Positions 52,021 to 64,000 of a stretch of 64,000 nucleotides of DNA are shown in pieces (within the stretch, counting starts at the first letter, position 1; each line of letters opens with the position of its first letter). Below the pieces are notes generated by a model. It worked only from the letters and a program-made list of their open reading frames with translations, did no database searches and was not told where the DNA came from. Position numbers and translations under genes: made by a program. Where the stretch lies: positions 8,815,528-8,879,527 of the forward strand of contig JARDVH010000177.1 in assembly GCA_030324005.1 (NCBI GenBank), read 5' to 3'. The stretch is from Negaprion brevirostris. Lineage: Eukaryota.

Positions 52021-54070
52021 CTGATATAGTGGAATGTGCAAGGGAGTTTGGAAAAATGAATATAGCTGATGTACAAACCTGCAGGGAATCCTTTATCCAT
52101 AAATCTGAAAACTGAACATATACTAAAATCACACTTATTTTAACCTCAAGTAACACCAAAAGTATATAACACTTCATATTATTCAATTCTGAACAATTAC
52201 TTTCCATGGTTTTGTTTTTAAAAATGAAATGTGTTATGAAGAACTCCATTCAACACTATTGGAAAGCAACAAGAAAAATGACCATTCAGCCAACGCAACT
52301 CACTCAATCAAGCGTACAATTCGTTCACTAAGACTCCAATCGCCCTTCACAATGACTGGATTTAATATTGCTGCATAAAATCCGGTCTAAAATGTTACTC
52401 AACAATTGAACATTTTCTATGAAACTTCAGAAAACTATCTGGAGGCAATTCTGAAAATTGAGGGGAGAAATTCAAATCATGAGATTTGTTGTTCCAGATT
52501 TCATTCAAAGTTTGAATGTTCAACAAAGTTATACCCCACCTCAGAGCAATTAGCCTTCAGAGCTGACTACAAATCAAAGCATCTCTTCAGGTGAAGAAGC
52601 TCCTAAAATCTCACTTTATTCACACAAGTTTCAACCAAACGTTTTTGTTATGGGCATTCTTTCAAAGATAGTCCAATTAACTAATTTCATATCACAAGTC
52701 AAATCAAAAGTAATTCTGCAATGCATGCATCATTACAAAGAAAACTGCAAGCAATCGTGGCAGGGGAAGCTCTGTCTTATACAAGTACAAAATTAATTAT
52801 CTTTCCCAAGGTTGGAGCAGCAGTTCCCCTGTGATGAAAAACTGTTACAATGGGAACATTTGGTGCTTTAATGTTGCAATAAAAGTGTTACAAATTAAAA
52901 AAGAGGCAGTTGGTTCTCAGTAGAATCACTATCCTAATACTCCAGCCGAGCCTGTGGAGATTTTTCTCCTATTATATTTGAAGGAAAACTATGTCAGCTG
53001 GTGAAAGTTTGTTTGGGATATGTGACTNNNNNNNNNNCTTTTCTATGGTGGCAGTTGAGCCTTTGGGACAGTTTCCTCTCTGCACCCAGTCCTTGGACAC
53101 ATCCTACATGTGAACTTCACAGTTGACATCATTGTGATGGAACATTCATCACCGATTACCATCCAATCAGGCAACCTCGAAATAAAATTAATATTTAACT
53201 TAAATGCAGAACATATGAACTTGGAACTGATTGTTAAATTATAATACAAAAATGTGAAATCTTAGATTTCTTGTTGGGTTGCTTGAGATCAGGATCATGA
53301 AATACTTGTGTGTGGAGTTACAATGCCGTTGCTGGAATTTCCACAAAACAGGACATTCAGTGAGATATTCTCAACCAAAATAATTAAGAAATCCAGCTCA
53401 ATTAGAGGTTGTCATTCCAAGTTTTTGTTTGATCAAAGAAATTTTTGAATCATTTATACATAACATTATAGCAATGATATGAATAACGGTGAGAATTTCC
53501 AAATATAATTAATGAAACAGCATGTTGGCCTAAATGGATTTTTCCTGCATTGGTAATGCACTATTGCATCTTCTAACAGCAATTGCTAAGTTATTTTCAT
53601 TATATGGCTCTTTATAGGGAAAAAGCAAAAAGATCAGATCAGCATTATACCTCCTCCACAATAATTCATCCAAAACTAATAGTTGGAAAAGTCATATCAT
53701 ACGAATGTATTTCAAGGGTACTTATGAGCATTCTGTATAGACTTTGAAATCATTGTGCCTTAAATATCAACTGTACACAAAACTACAAATATACTTCAGT
53801 ATTTATGCCAAAGGAAGTGACATGCCCACAATGCTGGCTTCTTGTCAAATACATTGTTGCTCTTCTTTTTGCATGATTTTAAACAGCCACTGCAGTCAAT
53901 CCCATGGCAGGAAGAGGGAGAAAGAGGATGGAGGAAATCTAGAAACAGTGGCCTTAAAGACATCTGCCTCCTCAGCAGTTATACGTTCATTCCTCCATTC
54001 TGATTACATCAGGGCCTTATTCTGGAGTGTGTGCTCAGTCTTTTGCCCAAAGTAATAACCAACACCTCCA

Positions 54071-54158
54071 AGTTCTGATGAAAGGGTCAACGTTAACTGT
54101 TTCTCTCTGCAGATGCTGCCAGACCTGCTGACTATCCCCAGTATTTTACTTTTATTAC
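54071..54158 (+). mobile_element. Penelope-like pseudo-LTR fragment with a broken hammerhead motif
   Basis: ttCTGATGAaagggtcaacgttaactgtttctctctgcagatgctgccagacctgctga; GAAA core missing. Confidence 0.75.
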
Positions 54159-54536
54159 AAGGAAAGTCCAGGGAGAAAGCGGTTTGTGGTGGGTGAACCT
54201 TTTCTACTGAGCTTGGTCACTCAGAAAAAAGATGAACTGTTGTCTGGAGGTCTGGGTTATGAAGAAATGCTGCAGAAATTTGGTTGTGATGAAGGACAGA
54301 GCTGATAGTAGTATATTAAATAATTAAAAACCACGAAGAGTGAAGAGGGTACAGATTTTAAACAGTGAAACACTAAATTCCTAAATGATAAATAGTCATA
54401 CAGCACAGAAAAGGCCCTTCAGTTCATCGAGTCTATACCAATAATAACTATCACTAAAGTCGCATTAATCTCACTGCCACAGAATGGACTTTGATTTACG
54501 AACCAACTTAAGGGTCATTCTTGGTGGATGAACTAC

Positions 54537-56797
54537 AAGCAAAGAACAAAGTACAGCACAGGAACAGGCCCTCATAGCCTGTGCAAATCATGATGCCCTA
54601 ACTTTTAAAAAACCCTTGGGCCGCATCCCTCTATTCATGTACCTAGCTAATGTACCTGCTTCCACCACATTCTCTGGCAGACACCCACCACTGTGTGAAA
54701 CACTTGCTCCGCACATCTCCCTTAAACTTTCCTCTTCTTACCTTGAACCTGTCTCCCTTGTAATTGACACTTCCATCCTGGGAAAAAGCCGCTGACTATT
54801 CACCCTGTGTATGCCTCTCAATTTTGTAGAGCTCTGTCAGGTCTTCCCTCATCCTCCGTCTTTCTAATGAAAACAATCCTAGTTTGTTCAACCTCTACTC
54901 ATAGCCAACACCCTCGAGACCATGCAACATTCTTGTGAAACTTCTTTGTGCTTTCTCTAAAGCTTCCACGCCCTTCTGGTAGTGTGGTGACCAGAACAGC
55001 AAGCAATACTCCAAATGCGGCCTAACCAAGGTTTCATAAAGATGCAATATCATTTCCCAACTCTTGTACTCAGTGCCCCAGCTGACGAAGTCAAGCATGC
55101 CACATGTTACTACTTTTAGAGAACTGGAGACGTGCGCACCCAGATCCCTCTGTATGTTAATATTCTTAAGGATTCTGCCATTTACAGTATAATTCACACT
55201 TACATTTGATCTTCCAAAGTGCATCGTCTCACATTTGTCTGGGTTAAACTCCATCTGCCATTTCTGTGCCCAAGTCTCCAATCTATTTATATCCTGTTGT
55301 ATCTTCTGATAATTCCCTGACACTAATCAGCAACTTCACCAATCTTCGTGTCATCTGCAAACTTACTAATCAGACCACCCACAATTTCTTCCAGATCATT
55401 TACATATACCACAGAGATCCCAACACTGAGCTACAGATCTCCATTCTGAAAAACATCCTTCCACTGCTATTCTCGTCTTCTATACCCAAGCCAGTTCTGT
55501 ATCCATCTAGCCAGCCAACCTGAATCCCATGTGCTTTTAATTTTTGTAACAGTCTGCCACATGGGATCTTGTCAAACACCTTACTAAAGTCCAAATAAAC
55601 CACATCCACAGCCCTTCCCTTATTATCTGTCACCTCTTCAAAAATCTCAATCAAGTTAGTGAGACATAACCTTTCCCATACAAAACCATGCCTCCTGTCA
55701 CTACTAACTAGTTCATTTTCTTCCCAGTGTGCATATACCCTATCCCTCAGTACCTTCTCCAAAAGCTTCCCCACCACTGACATCAGGCTACCTGCCTATA
55801 ATTTGATGGATTATCCCTGCTTTCTTTCTTCAGCAAAAGAGCAACATTGGCTATTCTCCAGTCCTCTGGAACCTTGCCCGTAGTCAAAAAGGATGTGATG
55901 ATATCTGTTAAGGCCCCACCTATTTCTTTCCTTGCCTCCCGCAGTAACCTGAGATAGATCCCATCAGCCCCAGGTACTTGTCTACCTTCATGCAATTTAG
56001 AATACTCAACACTTCCTGCTTTGAGATATTGACATTCTTAAGAGTGTTCACACACCTATCCTTGACCTCAACATGTGTCCTCTCCTTGATGAGTACTGGT
56101 ACTCATTAAGGATTTCACCCACTTCCCTCCATTNNNNNNNNNNNNNNNNNNNNNNNNNNNNNNNNNNNNNNNNNNNNNNNNNNNNNNNNNNNNNNNNNNN
56201 NNNNNNNNNNNNNNNNNNNNNNNNNNNNNNNNNTCACACACCTATCCTTGACCTCAACATGTGTCCTCTCCTTGATGAGTACTGGTAAAGTACTCATTAA
56301 GGATTTCACCCACTTCCCTCCATTGTCCTTGAGTGGGCCTACTCTTTCTCTTGCTACCTTCTTCCTCCTAATACACACATAAAAGGGCTTAGGATTCTTC
56401 TTGACCCTGTTTGCTAAAGGCATTTCATGGCCCCTTTAAGCCCTCCTATACTCAAGGGCTCTGTCAGTTTTTTTACATGCCTAGACCATGTTTCCTTTCA
56501 CCTTTTGACTAAAATTTACAGTTTCTCTCATCATCCAAGGTTCCCAAATCCTGCCATTTCTATCCTTCATTTTTGGGGGGGGGGAACATGCCAGTTGATT
56601 GAAATCCCAGGCAGGCCTTTAAAAGCCTCCCACACACCAGTTGTGGATTTGCCCTCAAATAGCTGCTCCCAATACACATCTGCCCTCACCCAATTAAACA
56701 TCCTCACTCCAGGGCCACTCTTGTAATTATCCACGACTATCCAAACTTCTCCCCCCACTGAAACATCAATCACCTGGCCCAGTTCATTCCCCAATAC
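54537..56797 (-). mobile_element. 5'-truncated CR1 LINE, about 2.3 kb, RT domain plus 3' UTR
   Basis: ORFs 54895-55323, 55400-55783 (VDVVYLDFSKVFDK), 55783-55995 (PEDWRIANV..NYR) and 56115-56423; frameshifted. Confidence 0.95.
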
Positions 56798-56799
56798 TC

Positions 56800-56927
56800 A
56801 TCTTGATGGGCATACGAACAAATGGGGAAGAGAGAAATATAAGTGGTTGGTTGAGATAGGTAAATGTGATCGACACAGGCTTGGAGGGCCAAAGGCCTGT
56901 TTCTATTCTGTACTGTTCTTTGTTCTA
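56800..56927 (+). mobile_element. CR1 3' tail in the opposite orientation, abutting the 5' end of the long CR1
   Basis: acaggcttggagggccaaaggcctgtttctattctgtactgttctttgttcta. Confidence 0.85.
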
Positions 56928-57000
56928 ATACGAAGTCTAAATTAGGAGCCAAAATTGTTTTTTTGACTTATGACCTCAAATAATTTTGAAATCACATGTT

Positions 57001-57063
57001 GGGGAATTTTCACAGTAACTTCATTGCAGTGTTAATGTAAGACTACTTGTGACCAATAAACTT
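57001..57063 (+). mobile_element. Isolated SINE 3' tail
   Basis: ggggaattttcacagtaacttcattgcagtgttaatgtaagactacttgtgaccaataaa. Confidence 0.88.
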
Positions 57064-57409
57064 TATTCAATAGATGGTGATCTTAAGTTGCTGCCTGGTT
57101 TATTAATAAATAACAATTTACCTCAATCATCCCTTATAATCTAGAAGGTCTCAAATCAGGTTTTTGTATTGCTATCGTACAAAATGCCCCAAATTTTCAA
57201 CTCCCTTCCCGTAACTAAAACACCTCATTACAGTAACATCCCAATGAATCCATGATATATTGTTAGAAGTTTAAAAACGTAGTTAAAAAAAATCAAACAG
57301 TTCTGTGCAATACTAGAAACCGGGAACACTAAAAAAGTTCATTTCAATGATTTTATGAATCTCAAAGATCAGTGAGGGAGTGGAAGTCTGGCCTATGTGT
57401 TTAAGTGGT

Positions 57410-57677
57410 ATTTATTACTGTCACAAGTAGGCTTACATTAACACTGCAATGAAATTACTGAGAAAATCCCCTGGTCACCACACTCTGGCACCTGTTTGGG
57501 TACACAGAGAATTTAGCATGGCCAACACACCTAACCAACATGTCTTTCAGACCGTGGGAGGAAATTGGAGCATCCGGAGGAAACCTTCGCTGATTCCACA
57601 CAGGCCGTGACCCCAGCCAGGAATTGAACCCAGGTCCCTGGCGCTCAGGCAGCTGTGCTAACCACTGTGCCACACTG
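57410..57677 (-). mobile_element. Full-length V-SINE with the alternative tail
   Basis: Minus strand: A box tggcacagtggttagc, B box ggttcaattcc, V core, tail ggggattttctcagtaatttcattgcagtgttaatgtaagcctacttgtgac. Confidence 0.92.
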
Positions 57678-58399
57678 ATGTGCACATCAAAACAAAATAT
57701 AAACAGATCTTCCACTTCACTTACAAATTTATTAATCTTCTGCATTGAGGCTAGGTAATGGAGAATGGAACCTTGCATGATTACAAGCTGAAAATGATCT
57801 TGCATTGATAGCAGCTTAGAACCAGATTAATGTCCACTTCGGAACCAAAAAGAAAAACAGTCCCTAACCTACCCTGCATGAACCAGAAAAGTCCTTCTTT
57901 CAGGAGAGTTCCTGCAAAAGGCAACAAATAAAGAAAATAGCAAAAACAAACTGAAGCAAAACTTAGCAAGTATTTGCAATCTAGAAGCATTTCCAACTTG
58001 CTAGTAAACCAAACACCATTGGATAAAGTGGTGTTTGTTATACTGAGTGAACAACACACTTGCCATTGTAATCTTTAGGCTTTTGCAGGACTTAGTAACG
58101 TAATTATCATCGACATTAAATCCTAGTTTTTATAAATAACCTACAGACAGACCAATGGTTGATGCCCCAAGTATGACTATTCATTCTGCACAGAATTTTA
58201 ATGCCTCTCACAATTCGAAGTGCCAGAACATCAGACAGATAACTGTCAACGCCCTCATATAAATCTCAAGTAAATTGTGAGGAAAATGAATGATGGGAAA
58301 CCATACAGAACGCTCAATCAAATCTTCAGTTTTGTGCAGAATTCTATATTATTGGGCAGGAAACCGCTCTACAAACATCACAATTTTTAAGATATTGTT

Positions 58400-60100
58400 T
58401 CATGGGATGAGTGTATTACATGTATTCTTATCCTTGATTGCCCTCAAGGTCATTGGTCACCTGTGGGTTTCCTCACGATACTCCGGTTTTCTCCCAGTCC
58501 GAAAGACATGCTGTTTAGCTGCACTGGCCATGCTAAATTAGCCCTTAGTGTACCCGAACAGTTGGAGTGTGGCAACTAGGGGATTTACACTGCAATGAAG
58601 CTACTGTGAAAATGTAAGCCTACTTGTGACACTCAAACTTAAACCTTCTTTAAATCACTGAAATTAATTTGTAGATAGACCTACAGTGCTTGTTAGGAGG
58701 GAATTCTAGGATTTTTGAGTCAGTGAAGATGTTCCAAGTCAGGATGGTGTGCGGCTTGTGAAGGGAACTTGCAGGAGGCAATCCAACGTGAGTTTGCAAA
58801 GTGCTACTGTATGGCTCTTGGTGAGATGCTGCAGTGTATTTTATAAATAGTACAAACTTTTACTCTATTATTGCAGTGATAGATGTTGAAGGACATAGAT
58901 TAATGATGAACGACCCAGGCTAGTGAGTGGGCTAAACGAGTAATCCTCCTTCATCTCAGTAGGTCCTAAGATTGAAATCAGGCAAATTCATGAATCATGA
59001 CCAAAATTAAATACATTTAATCACACAACATTATATACAAACAAGCATTTTCTATAAAAACAGAACTCTCATCAACTTCAAAATGGTAAAAACAAAAATA
59101 TATTTACACTGTGGACACAGAGACCACATGGCTCTCAGTCAAGTGTGCGCATTTAGCATGCACTTCATTTCATTTGCCCATGTTTTACACGCGAATCATT
59201 TATGTCACACTGGTAGGACAAAATCTACATGGACGGAAGTCTGTGGAATGTGGCAATCTTGCACATGAATAACGGTCACACTCAGAGCCCAGATGGGCCA
59301 AATGTGGCCCCCAGGCCATTGGTTGCCCACTACTGTGATTGATCGTGTAGACTGCTGTTGTTGCAGTTTAGCTTCTTGAGTTGTCGGAGCTACATTCACC
59401 CAGGCCAGTGAAGAGTATTCCATCACATTACTGACTTGTGCCTTGTAGATGGTCGACAGGCTTTGAGGAGTCAGATAGTGAGTTACATGCCAATGAATTT
59501 GCAGCTTCTGACCTGCTCTTGTAGCCATGGCAAGGCCTGCTTTAGTAGCCACTGCATATGGGTGGTTCAGTTCAGTTTCTGGTTATTGGCTATTATCCTT
59601 CCTCTTGAAATACTGATAGTGGGGGGAATTAAACAACCGTAGTTCTTCGAGTGTCATAGGTAGATGGCTAGATTCTCTCTTGCTGGAGATGGTCATTGCC
59701 TGGCACCTGTGTAATATGAATGTTACTTGCCACTTAACAGCCCAAGCCCAAATTTATCCAGGCCTTGCTGCATGCAGATTGTTTCAGCATTTGGAGTCGC
59801 CACAAATGACAACAAATTCTGAAATCTGCAAACATCTCTATTTCTGACTTTATGATGGAGGGATCATTGATGAAGCAGAGAAAAATGCTCGAGCCTAGTT
59901 TGCAGTAATGTCCTGAGGTTGAGATGACTGGATTAAGAACAACCACCACCATCCTTTGTGCTTGATATGACTCCAACCTGTGGGAAGTCCCCTCCTGAAT
60001 CTCATTGACTTGGGTTCCTTGACGCCACGCTTTGTGCTGCCTTGATGTTAAAGGCAGTCATTCTGAATTCACTTCTTGAGTTCAGCTCTTTTGGTGACTC
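58400..60100 (-). mobile_element. Fragmented LINE of the YKAQV..MEYS family (pieces about 58400-58450, 58640-58900 and 59335-60100)
   Basis: ORF 59205-59552 LTPQSLSTIYKAQVSNVMEYSSLAW; ORF 59734-59976 FINDPSIIKSEIEMFAD. Confidence 0.8.
58455..58637 (+). mobile_element. 5'-truncated V-SINE inserted in a LINE tail, with an internal micro-inversion
   Basis: tgtgggtttcctc..ctccggttttctcccagtcc V core; tail segment 58583-58613 reversed. Confidence 0.88.
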
Positions 60101-62354
60101 AATAATGGAACCTGCCAAATGGTTTGCAGCAAATCTGTCAAATGAAGAGAAATGATACCATGCCTGATTGCAACCAGATTCCTCCAAGGAGAAATCCTAT
60201 GGCAACATTAGAATTTCCCTCCACTGCTCAATGGTCACATGTCCCAGCCATTTGATGGGTGATCTCATTCCACTGATGTACTGTAAAATAACCCAAGCTT
60301 CCAGGAATGCATAAAATGCAGTTCTTCTTCTTTTACTAACCTTGTTGTGATTGACAAGCAGAAGTCTGACTAAATAACTTGAATTCATATATTATTTTAA
60401 TGTTGCAAAAACATCACAAGGCATTATAAAGGAGCATTAATAAGATTTACCACTGAGTTACCAGAGGAGATTTTGGCAACCAAGAGTTAGCTTTCAAGTA
60501 TCACCCTAAATAAAAGAGGAAGAATTTGAGGAAAGTCCATTACTTAGGGCCCGTGCAGCTGACTTTCATACTGTTCATTTGTTCAATGTACTTTCAACCC
60601 TTCTAGAGTTGCACTTTGAAGATCAATTGCTGATTGCAGCAGAAGCCACACTAACAGTACACAGCCAGACTGAGTAGCATGCCAATTAATCTGGATACAC
60701 AGTCATCATCCATCACTTATGTCTTGTGGAAGCAGATACTTCTGAAAGGTGTTGGATGTAGTCTGCCACATTAAAAAGGATTTTAAATAGATGTGTAAAG
60801 AGGAGCTTTTCCTTGGAGCATACAGGTGACATATTTTTGTCTGATGCTTGAAGGCTAGTAATAGATGTCATGCAAACATTTTTTCAAATGCATGACTTAT
60901 GGTACAGCCTGGTGATGCTTTTCACAGATGCAACTATAAATAGTAGGCAAGTCCACTAGGTCAAAAATGGATTTCTTTTTCATTCCAGGACGCATCTGGA
61001 TCTTGAGTAACAATCCTGGCTTTTACTTCAAAGCTTCCCAAATGACAGCCTCTCAAGGGGGCTGGAGATCTTTCTCTTCTGCAACTTCCTTCAATTTGAA
61101 CAGTCTTCTCAAAGAAAATTTTCCAATTACTTTGACAAAATCATGAAGTTTCTACCCAGACAATGCATCAACCAATAACCATGCCACCACTATCAAAGCC
61201 CTATGGGAAAAAAATCCTGCCTGGGCCAATGCCATTGCCAGTGGGATAGGGGTAGCAGTCAACTGTTTTAACAAAACTGCCCATAAACCACAAAGGTTTT
61301 CCGCATCTGAGGGCATGAATTAAACTAAAACACGTATTTCTACTAAGGAAATGCACAGGTACCATACTGATGATGCTGCTTAATACCCAGCTTGGACATC
61401 ATGGTGAAGGTTTGGGGAGGTGGTGGAGCCTGCTTTTGAAAATGTAATGCAAGCATCTGAATGATCTGGAACTAAAATACTCCTGTCATCTGACAGGAAA
61501 CCGTATTATCTGACACAGAGTCAAATGCTTGATAAATAGTGGAGATCCCCATCCCACAAAACATTTCCGATCATAGAAGTTCATATAATACGCAATAGAA
61601 TATGAGGTTAAGAAACAAATCCAGTGGAGTCCTTGTGGCAAACTGAACACGTCACATATTGCGAAGTGGCAGAAACCTGTATAATCCCCCCTCCCCCTTT
61701 AAACTCAAGACTTGGAGCCTCCAAAAAAGAGTGGCTGGGGGGTGCTTCAAGCACACACGTGACTCAAATCTAGAGGTGTCTTTAAAAATAAACAAGGTGC
61801 AAGCAGGAGCATTAGTTTTGCACCAAATGAGATAAATTTCATCTGAATTCAGGTATCACTAATCCAAACCTCACTTGGAAATATACCATTGTAGCACGGA
61901 ATGGAAAAAAATTAAACACCAAAATCAAGGTCTCCTGAAATATACTTCACTTTGCATGTTACAGGTGCAAAATCTAATGCTGTGCTGCACAACTGTCCTT
62001 TCCAGAAGCTCCTTTCTGACACTTTACACAACCATTTTAGGGAAATGCTACTCGATTAGGGGGGTTTGAAAAAAAACAAACTTTGAACATCAAACACTCC
62101 ATTCTTTGGCAACGTTCAAGAGTATTAGAGAGCCAGTTGGTTTTTTAATCAGTCCAGCAGCTTTCAATGTCATTTTTTCTGGCCCAATTTTACAAATTTC
62201 CAGATTTCAATGTGACAATCTGCCTTGGTGCTAGTCTGAAGTATATCAGTACAAAATAACACTTCAAAATCTAGGCTCCATCAAATTATAATTTTTTAAT
62301 AAAAGTTTTAAAGTGTATTTTGACACCACTGATTTTAAAAATATGAGCATGGAG

Positions 62355-62850
62355 TCAGCAAAATACTGTGGATGGTGGAACTCCAAAATAAAAACAGAAA
62401 ATATTGGAAACACAGCCAGATGGGCCTCTTGTGGGGAAAAACAGTTCATATTTCAGATAACCTGAAATGCAAACAATATTCAACAAAAGCAAAATATTGC
62501 AGATGCTGGACATCTGACACAAACAACAAATGCTAGAAAAACTCAGCAGGTCTGCAGTTGTCTATGAAGAAAGAGCAGAGTTAAAGCTCAGTTCAATAGG
62601 ACTCTTCTTCTGAACTGAAGAAAGGTAGAAACATAAGTTTTATGCTGCTGATAACAGGAGCATCAGGTACAGCAAGGAGGAAAGCAAGGGACAGGGTAGA
62701 CAGCGGGGGTGTTTAAATGACAATGAGAATTAAATCTCCCCTCCCTGTGTTTTTGTTCTACCTGACCCTCCTTTTCAGCAGAATAAAAGTCATTACATTT
62801 TTACCTTCCATCAGTTCTAAACAGTCATACTAGACTCAAGCGAATATTCA
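62355..62850. mobile_element. Penelope-like pseudo-LTR cluster: two tandem minus-strand copies and one inverted copy
   Basis: caaaatactgtggatggtgga.. (62359) and caaaatattgcagatgctgga.. (62490) in tandem; 62610-62660 is the reverse complement of 62770-62820. Confidence 0.7.
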
Positions 62851-63024
62851 ATCCAGCTTGCAAAATATTCAACTAAAACAGAAGCCGTTCGAAACAATTA
62901 GTACTTAATTACTCTCTTTAAAATGGACAGGGATTCATTTGAAAAGTGAACCATCAGACATACCCAAGCACCCCCAAGTTGAAGCTCAATATACTTTTGA
63001 ATACGAAGACAATTACTGAATATG

Positions 63025-63128
63025 TAACAATGATAGAAGGTGAAGTCGAGATAGGTCATGATCCTAGTGAATAGCAGAGCAGGTCTGAAGGGCTGAATGG
63101 GCTTCATCTGCCTCCATTGTCATGTTCA
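63025..63128 (+). mobile_element. CR1-type 3' tail
   Basis: ggtcatgatcctagtgaatagcagagcaggtctgaagggctgaatggg. Confidence 0.7.
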
Positions 63129-64000
63129 CCTCATACTAGATCGTTTTCACAGGCGCTAACTCATTTGCATACTTCTGCATTTTCTACTTGTTTGGGTTCA
63201 TGACATTTTAAGCTTTCTTTCTGTTTGTAATGCAAAACCATTTATTACACAAAACGGACAGAAGGACAGAGTGCAATAATGGGACATGACATCAATTCCC
63301 CACATGATGCAGCTTTGCAGGAGGCACTGAGCAGAATTCCAACCTTATCCGCCTCCCACTAAAGAGATGTCCCTTTGATACAGCTCTCAGAGGAGCTTTA
63401 AGGATTAGTATCCTGTCGCTTGACATCATTGGTCACAGTAACACGAGAGGAAGTACTTCATTTGTTACCCAAGACAGGATCCAAAGTAGAAAATTTGGAA
63501 GAAATTTAAAACACTGGGATTAAAAACCTGCAACAGCAACTACTCTTCAACACTACATTAAGAGAACTTAATATAGTGCTACTTTGTCACAGAAACACAC
63601 AAGTCACAGTACACATACAATAACAAGTTAACAGTCTAGGTGCATGTGTTAAATATCAACAAGATAGGTAAGAATGTATAAATGGTTTTATTTGTCAAAA
63701 AAAATATACAAAAGGATCATGCGACTCGGAGGTCATCTCAGCTGACCTATAGCAGAATCGTGCACACACATTACTGCTCCCTTTCTGCACAAGCATACAG
63801 GTTTCCAGTTCGTTCAGAATTTTCAGATGTATCGCAAATCGAGCTACTGAGTGAGGATAACCAGAAATTGGGTTAAATGGTCCTCTGACATTTATTACAC
63901 AGATAGCAGCAACAGCATCGAGCTGGCCCCCACTCAGTTGCACATTACTATTCAAAATTACACAATTAGCACCGATGCATTACTTCCATTCGAATTAATA

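Noticed and set aside
53043-53175. Cys-containing ORF resembling a zinc finger exon
   Set aside because: Weak gag acceptor, stop codon, no recognisable domain spacing
56048-56323. About 85-bp direct repeat on both sides of an N gap
   Set aside because: Near-identical sequence flanking a 100-N gap suggests an unmerged contig overlap
1-64000. Naming the host gene
   Set aside because: Exon peptides matched nothing I recall convincingly; needs a database search

Overview
Vertebrate genomic DNA from a draft assembly with many N gaps. The repeat families (HE1-like V-SINEs, Deu-domain SINEs, CR1/L2/RTE-type LINEs, Penelope-like fragments) point to a cartilaginous fish, probably a shark (inference). 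There is no complete protein-coding gene, and nearly all ORFs in the track are chance ORFs or decayed retroelement fragments. The window looks intronic or 5'-regulatory for one large minus-strand gene that I could not identify. Support: a 54-nt exon with near-consensus splice sites (41616-41669), candidate 39-nt and 33-nt exons, a candidate internal first exon encoding MAAGGSLM (7534-7558) and a cluster of splice donors at 47.2-49.2 kb. Most of these lie in two transposon-poor zones. Notable structures: a 96-bp hammerhead-motif insertion between 17-bp direct repeats, a Gypsy pol remnant carrying an inverted copy of its own integrase segment, two oppositely oriented solo LTRs, a 31-bp micro-inversion in a SINE tail and several nested insertions. 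I found no evidence of a wholly new biological system. Family names come from recalled consensus sequences, not database searches, and repeat boundaries are approximate.
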